Assembly: GCA_016783675.1 (NCBI GenBank)
Contig: JADHWE010000005.1
Span: 2,878 to 66,877 of the forward strand
DNA length: 64,000 bases
Direction of reading: 5' to 3'
Source: Kiritimatiellia bacterium
GTDB taxonomy: Bacteria; Verrucomicrobiota; Kiritimatiellia; UBA8416; JABMPJ01
Both the position numbers and the translations under genes were made by a program. A model generated the notes under the pieces. That model did not search any database, had not been told where the DNA came from, and saw only the letters and a list, made by a program, of their open reading frames with translations. Below, piece by piece: positions 21,479 through 31,719 of this stretch. How positions within the stretch are numbered: position 1 is the stretch's first letter; every line of letters begins with the position of its first letter.

Positions 21479-22615
21479 TCAGGCGTCAACGAGGATACGC
21501 CCCATGCGGTGCGAATCCATGCGGGTCAGAATCTCATAGGGTATGGTCCCTGCCGCCTTGGCCAGCGCCTCGGCACTGTTGGGTGCGGAGCTGTCGTTGG
21601 CGATCAACTCAACCGGGTCGCCGACCATGGCCGAGGGAAGATCGGTCAGGTCCACCGTGATCTGGTCCATCGATACGCGTCCAACCACCGGGGCGACGCC
21701 GTCGCCGATCCGCACCACGCCGCTGCTGGAGAGCGCGCGGAGGTAACCGTCAGCATAGCCACCCGCGACAAGCCCGATACGGCTTGGCCGCTCACAGGTG
21801 TAGGTCAGGCCGTACCCAACACGCGCGCCACGCGGCACCTCATGGATCTGCATGATGGTGGATGTCAATCGCAGCGCCGGCCTGAGATCGAGCCCCGCAG
21901 CCACGTGGGGTGCGGGACGGCAACCAAACATCGTCAGCCCAACCCGAACCATGTCCATCCTGGCCCCGGGGAAGAGCATCGCCGCCGCGGAATTCGCATA
22001 GTGTGTAATTACAGAACCTATTGTACCAGAAATAGTTATAACTTCATTTGTGATGTCCATCTGCTGATGAACGAAGGAGTCGTCCTTCTCATCCGCCGTG
22101 GCAAAGTGCGTATAGAGGCCGTCCAGTCGAATCTCCGGCGTCTCTCGGATTGTATCGAGCAGTGTGAGTACATGGTCGGGCGCGGTGCCGCTACGAGTCA
22201 TGCCGGAATCAATCTCAAGATGAATGGCCGCCTGGGCGCCGGCATCCGCAGCCGCCAGCTTCACCAGCTCCACGTCAGCCGGATCCGTGACGGTCAGGAC
22301 GACATCTCGACCGACCAGTTCAGAGACGAGCTCAATCGCCTCGGCGCCGACCCCGCAGGAGCGCGCACAGAAAAGCATGAGCAGTGGCCCGGCATACCCG
22401 AGATCGCGCAGCTCGACGGCCTCGTCAGCCGACGCAACGGCCAGCCAATCGGAGTTCTCAGCGATAACCGGCCAGACCAGGTTGATCCCGTGTCCGTAGG
22501 CGTTGCTTTTGACCACGGCGCAGAACAGGACATCCGGCCCGATTTCCTCGCGAAGCACACGGATATTGTGCGCAATCGCGGTAGCCGACACCTCAAGTCT
22601 GAGCATGTGTCTCAT
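21479..22615 (-). CDS. alr: Alanine racemase
   Basis: 378 aa. PLP-lysine motif AVVKSNAYGHG. C-terminal VGRVSMDQITVDL. Confidence 0.94.
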   Translation of the reverse strand: MRHMLRLEVSATAIAHNIRVLREEIGPDVLFCAVVKSNAYGHGINLVWPVIAENSDWLAVASADEAVELRDLGYAGPLLMLFCARSCGVGAEAIELVSELVGRDVVLTVTDPADVELVKLAAADAGAQAAIHLEIDSGMTRSGTAPDHVLTLLDTIRETPEIRLDGLYTHFATADEKDDSFVHQQMDITNEVITISGTIGSVITHYANSAAAMLFPGARMDMVRVGLTMFGCRPAPHVAAGLDLRPALRLTSTIMQIHEVPRGARVGYGLTYTCERPSRIGLVAGGYADGYLRALSSSGVVRIGDGVAPVVGRVSMDQITVDLTDLPSAMVGDPVELIANDSSAPNSAEALAKAAGTIPYEILTRMDSHRMGRILVDA

Positions 22616-22768
22616 GGGTGCCCACTATCCGAAAAGGAAGGACGGATGTCCAGTCTTACTCATAGACAGGGCTTATGGAAATGCAACCAGAAAGACAAAA
22701 AGACACGAAGGAAAGAACGAGGAAAAGGGATCTCACCCCCTGCTCTGTGTCCTTCGCGCTCTTCGTGG

Positions 22769-24742
22769 TTACTCTCCCGACCCTGTTCTCCCCACAATCA
22801 CCATCAACACCGAGATATCGGCCGGGGTGATGCCGGGGATGCGCAGGGCTTGGCCCAGCGTTTCGGGACGGATGCGATCGAGTTTTTCACGGGCTTCGAG
22901 TCGAAGCGGATCAATGGCGCGATAGTCGAGATCCGGTGGAATGCGCCGCTCTTCCATATCGCGTCGCTTTGCCACCTCGCGCAACTCCCGGTCAATGTAG
23001 CCGGCATAGCGAGCCCAGATCTCGACCTGTTCAGTGACAACCGGATCCAGATCCTCTCGCCGTCCGTTCAGATCGGCATAGCTCACTCCAGGCTGGCGCA
23101 ACGCATGCAGCAGTGTTTCACCATTGAGACGCGTCTCCTGAAGGCGCTTCTGCTCCACACCCACATCAGACGTAAAGCTCTCTGTTTCAGATAAAAACTC
23201 TGACGCTGCGATACCTATTCGCACGGCATGCTCACGTAGCCTGAATCGCGCGTTGTCCTGTCGTAGTAACAGACGATGCTCCGCCCGGGATGTGAACATG
23301 CGATAAGGCTCGTCTGTTCCCTTCATCACCAAGTCATCTATCAAGACACCAATATAGGCTTCATCTCGTCGGAGCGTGAACGGCGCCTCACCCCGGACCT
23401 TCAGTGCCGCATTCACTCCCGCCATGAACCCCTGGGCGGCCGCTTCCTCGTAGCCTGTCGTGCCATTGATCTGTCCGGCCAGGTAAAGTCCTGAGACAGC
23501 TTTAGTCTCCAGCGTGTGGGTCAACTGGGTTGGATCAATGAAATCGTACTCAATGGCGTAAGCCCACTGGAGAATCTCTGCTGTCTCGAGTCCCGGGATC
23601 GAGTGGACCATCTGCGTCTGGACATCGCGAGGAAGACTATTCGAGATGCCGTTTGGATATATGAGCTCCGTATCGCGTCCCTCCGGTTCAACAAAGACAT
23701 GATGCTGAGGTTTTTCCGGGAACTTGACGATCTTATCCTCAACAGACGGGCAATAGCGAACGCCCGTGCCCGAGATTTGTCCCCCGTAAAGGGAGCTTCG
23801 TTGAAGGTTTTCCCTGATAATTTGGTGTGTTTCGTCGGTTGTATGCCCCAGATAGCACGGAATCTGGTTTGCTCCCGGTTCCCAGGGCATGAGGGGAAAT
23901 GTCGAATGCGGAATGTCGAATGCGGAATGTGGGGAAGAAGATCCGGGCTCACATGGATGAGAAGACGTCCACTCACCAGGTACATGTTCCACGTGGAACA
24001 TTTCGAGGATCTCGTCGACTTCTGGGATATGTTCCACGTGGAACATCCGGTTGAGGCGTTTCACGGTCCAGGAGAAGAACGGTGCGGGTTCGACACCTGG
24101 TTGCAGCGCTAAACGGTCATAATCGATGCTATCTCTGTGCAATCTGGGTGGTGTGCCGGTTTTTAGCCTGGCGGTTCGGAATCCGAGTGACTGGAGGTCG
24201 AGGCTAAGCTCGTTCGCTGCGGGAAGCTGGCCACCACCGCCGGGTGTTGTTTCCTGGCCGATATGGATGGTACCTCGCAGTGAGGTGCCGGCACAGATGA
24301 CCACAGCCTTGGCGCTGACATGTGTGCCATCTGCGAGGAGGACACCGCGGATGTGGTCGTCTGCAATATTGAGTCCGGTGACATTTCCTTCAACAAGCTC
24401 AAGGTTCCCGGTGCGCTGGAGAACACGGCACATACGGTCGTTGTAGGCTTTCTTGTCGCATTGGGCGCGATTCGCCTGTACCGCCGGGCCTTTTCTCGTA
24501 TTCAGAACACGAAACTGGATTCCGGTCAGGTCGGTGTTGCGACCAATCTCGCCGCCCAGGGCATCGACCTCGAATACGAGGTGGGATTTGGCGATACCAC
24601 CGATCGAAGGATTGCACGGCATGTTGGCGGCCTTATCCGGCTGCATGGTGATGAGCGCGGTCTGCATCCCCATGCGCGCAGCAGCCAGAGCCGCCTCACA
24701 CCCGGCATGGCCTGCACCAACGATGATGATGTCGTAGTTCAT
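22769..24742 (-). CDS. mnmG: tRNA uridine 5-carboxymethylaminomethyl modification enzyme MnmG (GidA), with an in-frame insertion of about 58 aa
   Basis: The track start at 24913 gives a Pro/Ser-rich extension. The ATG at 24742 gives [18 protein letters not shown] (FAD motif). [37 protein letters not shown] and [13 protein letters not shown] are conserved. Confidence 0.95.
   Translation of the reverse strand: MNYDIIIVGAGHAGCEAALAAARMGMQTALITMQPDKAANMPCNPSIGGIAKSHLVFEVDALGGEIGRNTDLTGIQFRVLNTRKGPAVQANRAQCDKKAYNDRMCRVLQRTGNLELVEGNVTGLNIADDHIRGVLLADGTHVSAKAVVICAGTSLRGTIHIGQETTPGGGGQLPAANELSLDLQSLGFRTARLKTGTPPRLHRDSIDYDRLALQPGVEPAPFFSWTVKRLNRMFHVEHIPEVDEILEMFHVEHVPGEWTSSHPCEPGSSSPHSAFDIPHSTFPLMPWEPGANQIPCYLGHTTDETHQIIRENLQRSSLYGGQISGTGVRYCPSVEDKIVKFPEKPQHHVFVEPEGRDTELIYPNGISNSLPRDVQTQMVHSIPGLETAEILQWAYAIEYDFIDPTQLTHTLETKAVSGLYLAGQINGTTGYEEAAAQGFMAGVNAALKVRGEAPFTLRRDEAYIGVLIDDLVMKGTDEPYRMFTSRAEHRLLLRQDNARFRLREHAVRIGIAASEFLSETESFTSDVGVEQKRLQETRLNGETLLHALRQPGVSYADLNGRREDLDPVVTEQVEIWARYAGYIDRELREVAKRRDMEERRIPPDLDYRAIDPLRLEAREKLDRIRPETLGQALRIPGITPADISVLMVIVGRTGSGE
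23898..23932. repeat. 14-bp tandem repeat (AATGTCGAATGCGG x2.4, internally 7-nt periodic) inside mnmG
   Basis: Read directly: AATGTCGAATGCGG AATGTCGAATGCGG AATGTGG. Translated in the mnmG frame as [12 protein letters not shown]. Confidence 0.8.
23985..24000. promoter_or_regulatory. parS-like centromere site 1 (TGTTCCACGTGGAACA)
   Basis: Perfect 16-bp palindrome. One difference from the B. subtilis spo0J parS TGTTCCACGTGAAACA. Fits the consensus tGTTNCACGTGAAACa. Confidence 0.7.
24030..24045. promoter_or_regulatory. parS-like centromere site 2 (TGTTCCACGTGGAACA)
   Basis: Identical 16-mer, 45 bp from site 1, also inside the mnmG insertion. Confidence 0.7.
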
Positions 24743-24755
24743 AGTTTCTGTGGCT

Positions 24756-26120
24756 CTACTTTCCGATGCAGAACCGATTGAAGATTGTGTCCAGGAGTTC
24801 GGTGGTGTAGGTCCTGCCGGTAATCGTTCCGAGCATGTCGAGGGCGGCGCGGAGCATGTCGGCGGCGGGGACAAGGAGGGCCTCATCCTGGGAGGCGAGC
24901 TTCCTTGCATCATCGATCAGTTTTCTGGCGCCACTCAGCAACGCACGGTGGCGTTCGGAGATGACGGCATGGGGAGGGGTGTCCATTTGAACGAGTCGAC
25001 TCCGCAACGCATCCTGCACGTCGTCGATGCCGACGTCTTCCACCGCACTGCACGCGATAGTTTCAAAGGGTCCATCGGGGATGCCGGGAGGACCGTCCAC
25101 GAGGTCGCACTTGTTCTGTACGACTACGGTCCGCTCGGGCTGGAGAGCCTGCAACTTGGCGAGATCCGCACCGGTCGAGGCTTGCGAGGCGTCGATCAGG
25201 TAGAGCACAAGATCGGCTTGATCTATACTGTCTGTGGCACGCGTAACTCCTTGTTGTTCAACGAGACACGATGTATCGCGCAGGCCGGCGGTGTCCGTGA
25301 GGCGCATTTGAATTCCGCCCAGAATGAGCGTCTCTTCGATGGTGTCGCGGGTGGTGCCGGGGAGGTGTGTGACAATTGATCGCTCTTTGCCGAGGAGCCG
25401 ATTCATGAGGGTTGACTTGCCGACGTTGGGTTGTCCGGCAATCACGACACGCGCCCCATCACGCAGGAGATGGCCTTCCTCCCAGGTTGAGAGCAGGGCG
25501 GCGATCTCGTCCTCTGCGGCGGCGAGTGTGGCGTCGGTGTTGTCGAGGACGGACGCGGGCAACTCGCCCTCCTCAAAGTCGAGGGATGCTTCAAGATCGG
25601 CGACGGCCGCCATGAGGTGATCATACAGCGTGTTGAGTTGTGTGCTGAGACGGCCCTCAAGCTGTTCAACGGCGGCAGCAGCGGCGCGATCGGAACGGGC
25701 GCGAATGAGATCGGCAACGGCCTCGGCTTGCACCAGGTCGATCCGGCCGTTGAGAAAAGCACGTCGAGTGAACTCACCGGGATCCGCCATCCGGGCCCCG
25801 GCATTAAGGACGGCCTCGAGCAGGCGCTGTGCCGCGGCCTGGCCGCCGTGGCCCTGGATCTCCACGACGTCATCGCGTGTGTAGCTGTGCGGGGCGCGGA
25901 AGATCAGCACAACCGCCTCATCGATTTCCTCGCCGTCGCTGACAATGCGACCGTGTAGAAAGGTACCGCCAGGGCGAGAAGAGGGAGGATCGCCTGCGCA
26001 CGTCACGAGTAGATCCGCAATAGCAAGGCTCTGCGGACCGGACAAGCGCACGATCGCGATACCGGCTGGACCGGGAGCAGTGGAAACTGCGGCTATGGTG
26101 TCGGAGAAGATGCTGTTCAC
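24756..26120 (-). CDS. mnmE: tRNA modification GTPase MnmE (TrmE)
   Basis: The track start at 26423 overlaps the upstream gene. The GTG at 26120 gives [28 protein letters not shown], which matches the MnmE N-terminus pattern. G-domain [24 protein letters not shown]-terminal FCIGK. The exact start is uncertain because there is no clear RBS. Confidence 0.9.
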   Translation of the reverse strand: MNSIFSDTIAAVSTAPGPAGIAIVRLSGPQSLAIADLLVTCAGDPPSSRPGGTFLHGRIVSDGEEIDEAVVLIFRAPHSYTRDDVVEIQGHGGQAAAQRLLEAVLNAGARMADPGEFTRRAFLNGRIDLVQAEAVADLIRARSDRAAAAAVEQLEGRLSTQLNTLYDHLMAAVADLEASLDFEEGELPASVLDNTDATLAAAEDEIAALLSTWEEGHLLRDGARVVIAGQPNVGKSTLMNRLLGKERSIVTHLPGTTRDTIEETLILGGIQMRLTDTAGLRDTSCLVEQQGVTRATDSIDQADLVLYLIDASQASTGADLAKLQALQPERTVVVQNKCDLVDGPPGIPDGPFETIACSAVEDVGIDDVQDALRSRLVQMDTPPHAVISERHRALLSGARKLIDDARKLASQDEALLVPAADMLRAALDMLGTITGRTYTTELLDTIFNRFCIGK

Positions 26121-26197
26121 GCCGCGAAAATAGAGCGTAACGTCCCTCAAGGGCAACTCAGAACTTCGCACTCTGCAAGGAACCCGGCCCGAACAGT

Positions 26198-27385
26198 CTA
26201 GAGCCGGGAGCGAATCCAAGCGTACTCTCGCGCAAGACTCTCGTCGATTCCGGCGGCACGGAGGCCAGGAGGGAGCACATCGAAGGTGTAGGTTTCGATC
26301 TCCAGGTGGGAAACACCCACATCCTTCAGCATTTTGAAGAAGGAGGGTGAGAGATCGGTGGCGGTTGAACCAAGGGACCCGTAGGAATCGAAGTAAAGGG
26401 GCACATGGAAATGGATGCGCCATGTCTCGGCGGGATTGGCCGTTGTTGTGTCCAGCGCGATGTCGAGGTCGGAATAGGACCGCGAACCTTCCTCATCGGC
26501 TGTCCGTGCCTTGACTTGGTGCAGATAGACCGGATCACAGAATGCCCTGAGTGCATCGCGAGCTTCCGGTGTGTTCTGCGCGTGCAGGGCTGAACTCAGT
26601 TGGACTTTGGATATGAGTATCCCGGCATCAAACAGGGCGCGCAGGCTCTGATCGACTGACTCGAACTGCAAGGCAAGGTGACAGGTGTCAACACATATGC
26701 CAAGGTGTCTTGCGATAAGGGAGCCATAACATAACATATTGGTATTTAACAGCTTATCAAGATATGGTATCCCGATACGCCTAATCGGGCCACCGAAGAA
26801 AGCGAGTGCATCTGCCGTGGTTTCGAGGAAGCAGTCTGGTTCCGGCTCCAATCCCAGAGTCAGATGACAGCCCTGTTCTCTCTCGATATGGGCGAGGTGG
26901 GCGACGACCTCCATCAGCTGTTGGACCATGTTCGCAATATCCTCGTCGCTGGAAATCCACGCGCCATAGGACCCGGGAACGGTGCTGATACTGACGGTCT
27001 GGCCCGGCGAAGCGAGGCGTGCGGAGATGTCGGCCACACGGATAGTATAATCACGTCGCTCCTCCGTGCGCCAATCGGGGTGGTAGACCGCCTCCTTCAC
27101 GCGCTCGCCATGGAAGGTCCCGTACGGGAAGGCGTTGACAGTGAGCAGATAGAGGTCATGTTCATCGAAAAGGGCCTGCATGGCGGATAGCGCCTCAGGT
27201 GTAGCTTCCAATGTTGCGGCATTGGAGAGGCGGAGTCCGAGTCCGAACGGCCGCCCCGGTGCCATCCGCTCACGCAGGGGCACCACATGGTTGCGGATGG
27301 CTGTCACACAGTCATCCCAGGTTTCACCGGGATGGACATTCATGCAGTAGGTCAGGTGGCAGGGAGGGCTGGCATCGATCTTCAT
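26198..27385 (-). CDS. eboE: EboE-like xylose-isomerase-fold TIM-barrel protein (last gene of the ebo-type cluster)
   Basis: The ATG at 27385 overlaps the upstream TGA (ATGA). N-terminus MKIDASPPCHLTYCMNVHPGETW. Assigned from operon context with the TatD-like, UbiA-like, phosphodiesterase and DHQS-like genes. Confidence 0.75.
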   Translation of the reverse strand: MKIDASPPCHLTYCMNVHPGETWDDCVTAIRNHVVPLRERMAPGRPFGLGLRLSNAATLEATPEALSAMQALFDEHDLYLLTVNAFPYGTFHGERVKEAVYHPDWRTEERRDYTIRVADISARLASPGQTVSISTVPGSYGAWISSDEDIANMVQQLMEVVAHLAHIEREQGCHLTLGLEPEPDCFLETTADALAFFGGPIRRIGIPYLDKLLNTNMLCYGSLIARHLGICVDTCHLALQFESVDQSLRALFDAGILISKVQLSSALHAQNTPEARDALRAFCDPVYLHQVKARTADEEGSRSYSDLDIALDTTTANPAETWRIHFHVPLYFDSYGSLGSTATDLSPSFFKMLKDVGVSHLEIETYTFDVLPPGLRAAGIDESLAREYAWIRSRL

Positions 27386-28545
27386 GCGTAGGCCTTGAGC
27401 GCTTGAATGCCCCGGATCACGATGGAAGGGTCGATTTCGTTGATCTCGACGGGTGTTCCGATCGGACCTGGCAGCGTGATATGCAGTTCGCCCCCCAGGT
27501 GCTCGCGAAAATCCTGCAGACCTCGCAGGATTGCGAGGGAGCCATCCGAGTCGCAACGCTCGAGGAGCGAACTCCAAACGGCAAGGCCGACGCCTTGCAT
27601 GGATGCGATGATGGTATCGAAATCGGTTGACGTGATTAGACCGGTAGCGAAGGCATAGAAGGAGTCAAGGGCTACGCCGATTGCCACGGCACATCCATGT
27701 CCGATCTCGTATCCCGACATGACCTCAAGCCGATGGGCGCTCCAATGCCCGAAATCGAGCGGTCGCGCCGACCCGAATTCGAAGGGATCTCCACCTTCCC
27801 GGATATGATCGAGATGCAGCGACGCCGACCGACGGACCACTGTTTCGATCGTCTTCTCATCGCGTCGGCGCAGGGCCTCGCTGTGGCGGGAAAGATAGTT
27901 GAAGAAGGAGGAATCCTTGATCAATGCCACCTTGAAGGCTTCACCGAGGCCACCGATCCAGTAGCGATCATCGAGCGTCTTCAGGAATGAAGGATCGATC
28001 ATGACTGCGAAGGGCGGGGCAAATGTGCCGGCAAAGTTCTTCATACCATAGGCATCGATACCGTTCTTAACGCCCACGCCGCTGTCGTTCTGGGCCAGCA
28101 CGGTGGTTGGTATCCTGATCTGCCGCAGACCGCGATGGACCAATGTGGCGGCGAGCCCGACAATATCGAGCACACTGCCGCCCCCGATTGCCAGAACGAA
28201 GCTCTGGCGACAGAGGTGATGATCGGCAATGCTCTCCATGACCCGTTCCGCGGCATCCCGGCTGTTCTTGGCTCGTTCGCCACCGGGAACTGTTTCCGGG
28301 GCAGCCACCAGATCAATGTGCTCAGGATAGGCTGCGGCATAGGCCGTCACCTGCGCGTTGATATCCGGCCATGCCTGGGCCAGACCGGCATCGACAAAGA
28401 CCTGAACACGATGACGGCGGTCCTCCTCCAGCCGACTCAACGTATTGGCTAGCAATGAGTTAGAAGGATCAATAACATGGTGCGTGAAGTGGACCGGGTA
28501 GTCATACGTTACGGTGAGGTGCTGGTGATAGGTTTCCGTTATCAT
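27382..28545 (-). CDS. eboD: EboD-like 3-dehydroquinate-synthase / sugar-phosphate-cyclase family protein
   Basis: The ATG at 28545 overlaps the upstream stop (ATGA). DHQS-family glycine-rich motif IGGGSVLDIVGLAA and metal-binding His region SAHRLEVMSGYEIGHGCAVAIG. Confidence 0.8.
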   Translation of the reverse strand: MITETYHQHLTVTYDYPVHFTHHVIDPSNSLLANTLSRLEEDRRHRVQVFVDAGLAQAWPDINAQVTAYAAAYPEHIDLVAAPETVPGGERAKNSRDAAERVMESIADHHLCRQSFVLAIGGGSVLDIVGLAATLVHRGLRQIRIPTTVLAQNDSGVGVKNGIDAYGMKNFAGTFAPPFAVMIDPSFLKTLDDRYWIGGLGEAFKVALIKDSSFFNYLSRHSEALRRRDEKTIETVVRRSASLHLDHIREGGDPFEFGSARPLDFGHWSAHRLEVMSGYEIGHGCAVAIGVALDSFYAFATGLITSTDFDTIIASMQGVGLAVWSSLLERCDSDGSLAILRGLQDFREHLGGELHITLPGPIGTPVEINEIDPSIVIRGIQALKAYA

Positions 28546-29810
28546 AGTGGGGCCCCCAACCATGTGCCTAGACTGCGGGAGAGGTCCAGCAGGCTCCCGG
28601 GACTTGCTTCAAGGCAGGTGGATGCCCACGCCACTTCACGACCGGGGCCGGTCCGCCCATGGGTGCCGCCGATGCGGCGGTCATTCTGCGAAACAGAACC
28701 TGGAGGCCAGCCGAAAAAGAGCTCGCAGGGGTCAAAGCCGGGCTTGTTGTGTATATCGACATGCGCGGCATAGTCGGGCGCCTCGCGTGGTGAATCCCAC
28801 CAGCGATAGGAGAACCAGTGACCTTCTCCGGCAACGGCAACAAGATCGGGCCCATTGCCCCCGGTCTCGTAGACGTCGCTGATTCCGGGGGCGGTGCGAA
28901 GCACGTCGGCTGCGGCGGCACGGTGTGCATCGGATGTGGCGTAAACATGAGCAATTTCATGGTCAACCATGGCAAAGGCGGGTGTATGAAAAGCATCGAG
29001 ATAAGCCATCCGCTTGACGGGGCGCACCGTGAGTAGTCCCGCCTCGCGCAGGATGCGGTTGGGATAGAGTGCGCCGCCCGGGCAGTCGGCGATGGCATAG
29101 TCGCCGTACATGGTCAGCTCGTAGCCGTGTCGCGCCGCGGCGTTGGCCAATAGTGTGAGCTGCTTCACGGTCTGTCGCCACGCCTTGCCACAGCGTGGAT
29201 CGGAGGGACCATAGCGCTGCAGGTCATAATCCAGGGCCGGCAGGTAGGTCATCAGCAGATGTGGTGCTGCGGGACAGGCCATCAGGCTGGCCGTGGCCTC
29301 GGCGATCCACTGCGAGGAGTCCGGTGAAGCCAGCGGGCCCCAGTAGCGCATGAGATTGAAAGGGCGTTTGAGCGCTTTCCGCAGACGGGGATAGAGTGTA
29401 TCCGGTCGTCCGGCGCAGTCCTGGATCATACCACCATGGTGGCGGTGAATAGGTGCGGGGGACAACACCCAGTCGACGCGCTCGCCCAGACTTTGCTGCC
29501 AGAAGAGCATGCCTACGGTACCGCCACCGGTGCGGAAATCGTCCCAGATGCGGGATCCGGACACCTGTGCGGCAGACTGTTCCCAGAAGAATGGCTTGCG
29601 CAACCGGCGATCATACACTCCGTTGCAGTGCATACCATGTTCGGCCGGCAGAGCAGCCGTGCGTATTGTGGCCTGCACGGGACACGTCAGGGCGGGGAAG
29701 ATTGAGGCCGTTGGTTGGAATGTCAGCCCAGGCAGCTCCAGTCCATGACGCTGTACGAGTTCCCACCCGAGCGCGGCGACCTGGACTACAAGCATCTTCT
29801 TTTCAGGCAT
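28542..29810 (-). CDS. eboF: EboF-like alkaline-phosphatase-superfamily nucleotide pyrophosphatase/phosphodiesterase
   Basis: 422 aa. MLVVQVAALGW, FPALTCPVQATIRTAALPAEHGMHCNG (nucleophile Thr region), YLPALDYDLQRYGP, GGTHG. Confidence 0.75.
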   Translation of the reverse strand: MPEKKMLVVQVAALGWELVQRHGLELPGLTFQPTASIFPALTCPVQATIRTAALPAEHGMHCNGVYDRRLRKPFFWEQSAAQVSGSRIWDDFRTGGGTVGMLFWQQSLGERVDWVLSPAPIHRHHGGMIQDCAGRPDTLYPRLRKALKRPFNLMRYWGPLASPDSSQWIAEATASLMACPAAPHLLMTYLPALDYDLQRYGPSDPRCGKAWRQTVKQLTLLANAAARHGYELTMYGDYAIADCPGGALYPNRILREAGLLTVRPVKRMAYLDAFHTPAFAMVDHEIAHVYATSDAHRAAAADVLRTAPGISDVYETGGNGPDLVAVAGEGHWFSYRWWDSPREAPDYAAHVDIHNKPGFDPCELFFGWPPGSVSQNDRRIGGTHGRTGPGREVAWASTCLEASPGSLLDLSRSLGTWLGAPL

Positions 29811-29816
29811 GATATA

Positions 29817-30716
29817 TCAGCTCGCGTAATACAAGCGCCCCAACCGGCCGCTTGCCGGCCACAACAATAACAGGAGCAAGGCTATCACAACACCGGCCGG
29901 CCACTCTACAAAACAGAGAGCGGCCTGCACCAGTAGTAAGAGACGGATATATCGGCCGATCGAGGCCTGGACAAGCTTCGGGGCGGGTCGACCGCGCAGC
30001 ACCGATCCCAGGTGGACTACACTGCCCACTGCGACAGCGGCTGGTACCAGACCCAGTAGAGCCCAACCGCGAGTCCCGAGCAACAAAATGGCGGGAAGCG
30101 GCAGCACGGCCACGAGCGGCAACCAGCGGTTCGGTCCCAGCACAACGGTCGTGTGTTCGCGGTCGGCTACCGCGGTCACGGCGGCCACATAGAGCGTCAA
30201 CACGAGGGCCGCCGCAGCGCGGAGGCCGGTCAGAGAGAGAGAGCCACTCACGGCCGCCGAGCCGAGGTGCAGGCTAAGGCCACGGCAGAGCCCCATCATG
30301 AGGGGTCCGGCTACGGGGATGCCTTTCAGGAAACCGTTATACAGCAGGATGGCGCCGGTTAAGATTGCAGCAATAGCACAGGTTGCGGCGTTAATGGTCG
30401 CGGCGAGCACCAGGGCCAGAACGACGAGGCATGCAGCGGCAGCGGCGGCGTGGGCGGGTCGCACCTGACCCGAGGGAAGAGGACGGTCGGGTCGCTGTTG
30501 CCGGTCTTCCTCCAGGTCAAAACAGTCATTGATGATCAGGCCGGCAGCGTAGAGCGCAAGAGCTACTGCTGTAGCGGGAAGTGCAGCCATGGGCCATCCC
30601 TGCTGGCGTTCCGCCAACAGGAGGCAAGCACCTGCCAAGGGGTCACCGGGCACAGTGAGGAGGTTGGGCGGCCGCACGAGCTGCAGCCAGGCACGAAGCT
30701 TCGGGTCAGCAGCCAA
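29817..30716 (-). CDS. eboC: EboC-like UbiA-family prenyltransferase (polytopic membrane protein)
   Basis: 299 aa, very hydrophobic. Asp-rich motif NDCFDLEEDRQQRPDRPLPSG (NDxxDxxxD). Confidence 0.85.
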   Translation of the reverse strand: MAADPKLRAWLQLVRPPNLLTVPGDPLAGACLLLAERQQGWPMAALPATAVALALYAAGLIINDCFDLEEDRQQRPDRPLPSGQVRPAHAAAAAACLVVLALVLAATINAATCAIAAILTGAILLYNGFLKGIPVAGPLMMGLCRGLSLHLGSAAVSGSLSLTGLRAAAALVLTLYVAAVTAVADREHTTVVLGPNRWLPLVAVLPLPAILLLGTRGWALLGLVPAAVAVGSVVHLGSVLRGRPAPKLVQASIGRYIRLLLLVQAALCFVEWPAGVVIALLLLLLWPASGRLGRLYYAS

Positions 30717-30720
30717 TCGA

Positions 30721-31557
30721 TCACCTCTGGAACATGTTGGGGTCCACCGGCGCCAAGTCGAGCTCGGGTTTCCAGTTGGGCGAACCGGCGTAGAAGGTCA
30801 TGGCATTATCGCAGACAATGCGCCGGATCGTGGCGTCGTCATGTCCGTCTGCTGCCATAAACTCGACCACCTTGACCAGGCTGAGCGGGTCCGAGATGCC
30901 CCAGTCGGCGCTGCCGTTCACAACCATGCGTTCACTGCCGAACTCCCGAATGATGCCCGACACACGGGCCGGGGTGAGCTTGGAAATGGGGTAGACCGTC
31001 ATGCCGCAATAGCAGCCCGTCTCGCGACTGATCGCCATGGTCTCTTCGGTGTTGTGGTCGATCTCGATCCGATCAGGATTGGGGTTCAGTTCGCGCAGGA
31101 TGGCGCTGATCCGTTCGGCGCCTTTTAGCTTGTCCACATGCGGGGTGTGAATAATAACCGGCATGTCGCGTTCGATCGCCATGGCGAGCTGTCGGACGAA
31201 TGCGTATTCCTCGTTGGGCGTGTTGTTGTTGAAACCGATCTCCCCGAGAGCAACACAACGCTCGTGGGTGAGGTATGCGGGCATACCGTCGATGACCTCG
31301 TCGGCCAACCCACGGTCGTCGGCCTCCTTGGGGTTGAGCGCTACGGCAGCGAAGTGATCGATCCCGAAACGACGCGCCCGCACGGTTTCGAAGTCGAGGA
31401 TCAGGGCGAAATAGTCAAAGAAGGTCCCGGCATAGCGACGATTCTGTCCCAGCCAGAAAGAGGGCTCCACGCATGCGCGGATACCAGCGGCATACATGGC
31501 CTGGTAGTCGTCGGTCGTGCGCGAGTACATATGAATATGTGGTTCGATGATTGTCAT
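30721..31557 (-). CDS. eboB: EboB-like TatD-family metal-dependent hydrolase
   Basis: 278 aa. N-terminal IEPHIHMY (HxH metal site). Amidohydrolase-fold pattern with IIHTPH and EIDHNTEE. Confidence 0.8.
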   Translation of the reverse strand: MTIIEPHIHMYSRTTDDYQAMYAAGIRACVEPSFWLGQNRRYAGTFFDYFALILDFETVRARRFGIDHFAAVALNPKEADDRGLADEVIDGMPAYLTHERCVALGEIGFNNNTPNEEYAFVRQLAMAIERDMPVIIHTPHVDKLKGAERISAILRELNPNPDRIEIDHNTEETMAISRETGCYCGMTVYPISKLTPARVSGIIREFGSERMVVNGSADWGISDPLSLVKVVEFMAADGHDDATIRRIVCDNAMTFYAGSPNWKPELDLAPVDPNMFQR

Positions 31558-31719
31558 GTTGACGTATTCTTTCGCGCCCGCAGGTGTTCCCTGTCTCTGT
31601 TAATCCCTGTATACTGCTCATAAATGGAACGTCGCTCAAGGCGGGAATATTAGTCGCTTGACCCTCGTTCGGATTGTGTCCGAGAGTAAGTCAGAGGTAA
31701 AGAAGGGGTGGAGAGGGAG

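Noticed and set aside
21509-23194. 561-aa plus-strand ORF spanning alr and the 3' end of mnmG
   Set aside because: It is antisense to two clearly conserved genes and crosses their intergenic spacer. The composition is low-complexity and Arg/His-rich. It is an artefact of GC-rich sequence.
23898-23932. Possibility that the short tandem repeats (here and at 12527, 35587, 58192 and 60957) are CRISPR arrays
   Set aside because: Units are 7-14 nt with no spacers. Two of the tracts are inside ORFs. No cas genes are present.
24743-24913. N-terminal extensions suggested by the ORF track (mnmG to 24913, mnmE to 26423, eboE to 27577, HAD to 20258, Spy-like to 14808, msrB to 60748, RR to 5420)
   Set aside because: The extensions overlap upstream genes or encode Pro/Arg/Ser-rich junk. 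Internal starts give canonical N-termini, RBS-like sequences or ATGA/GTGA coupling.
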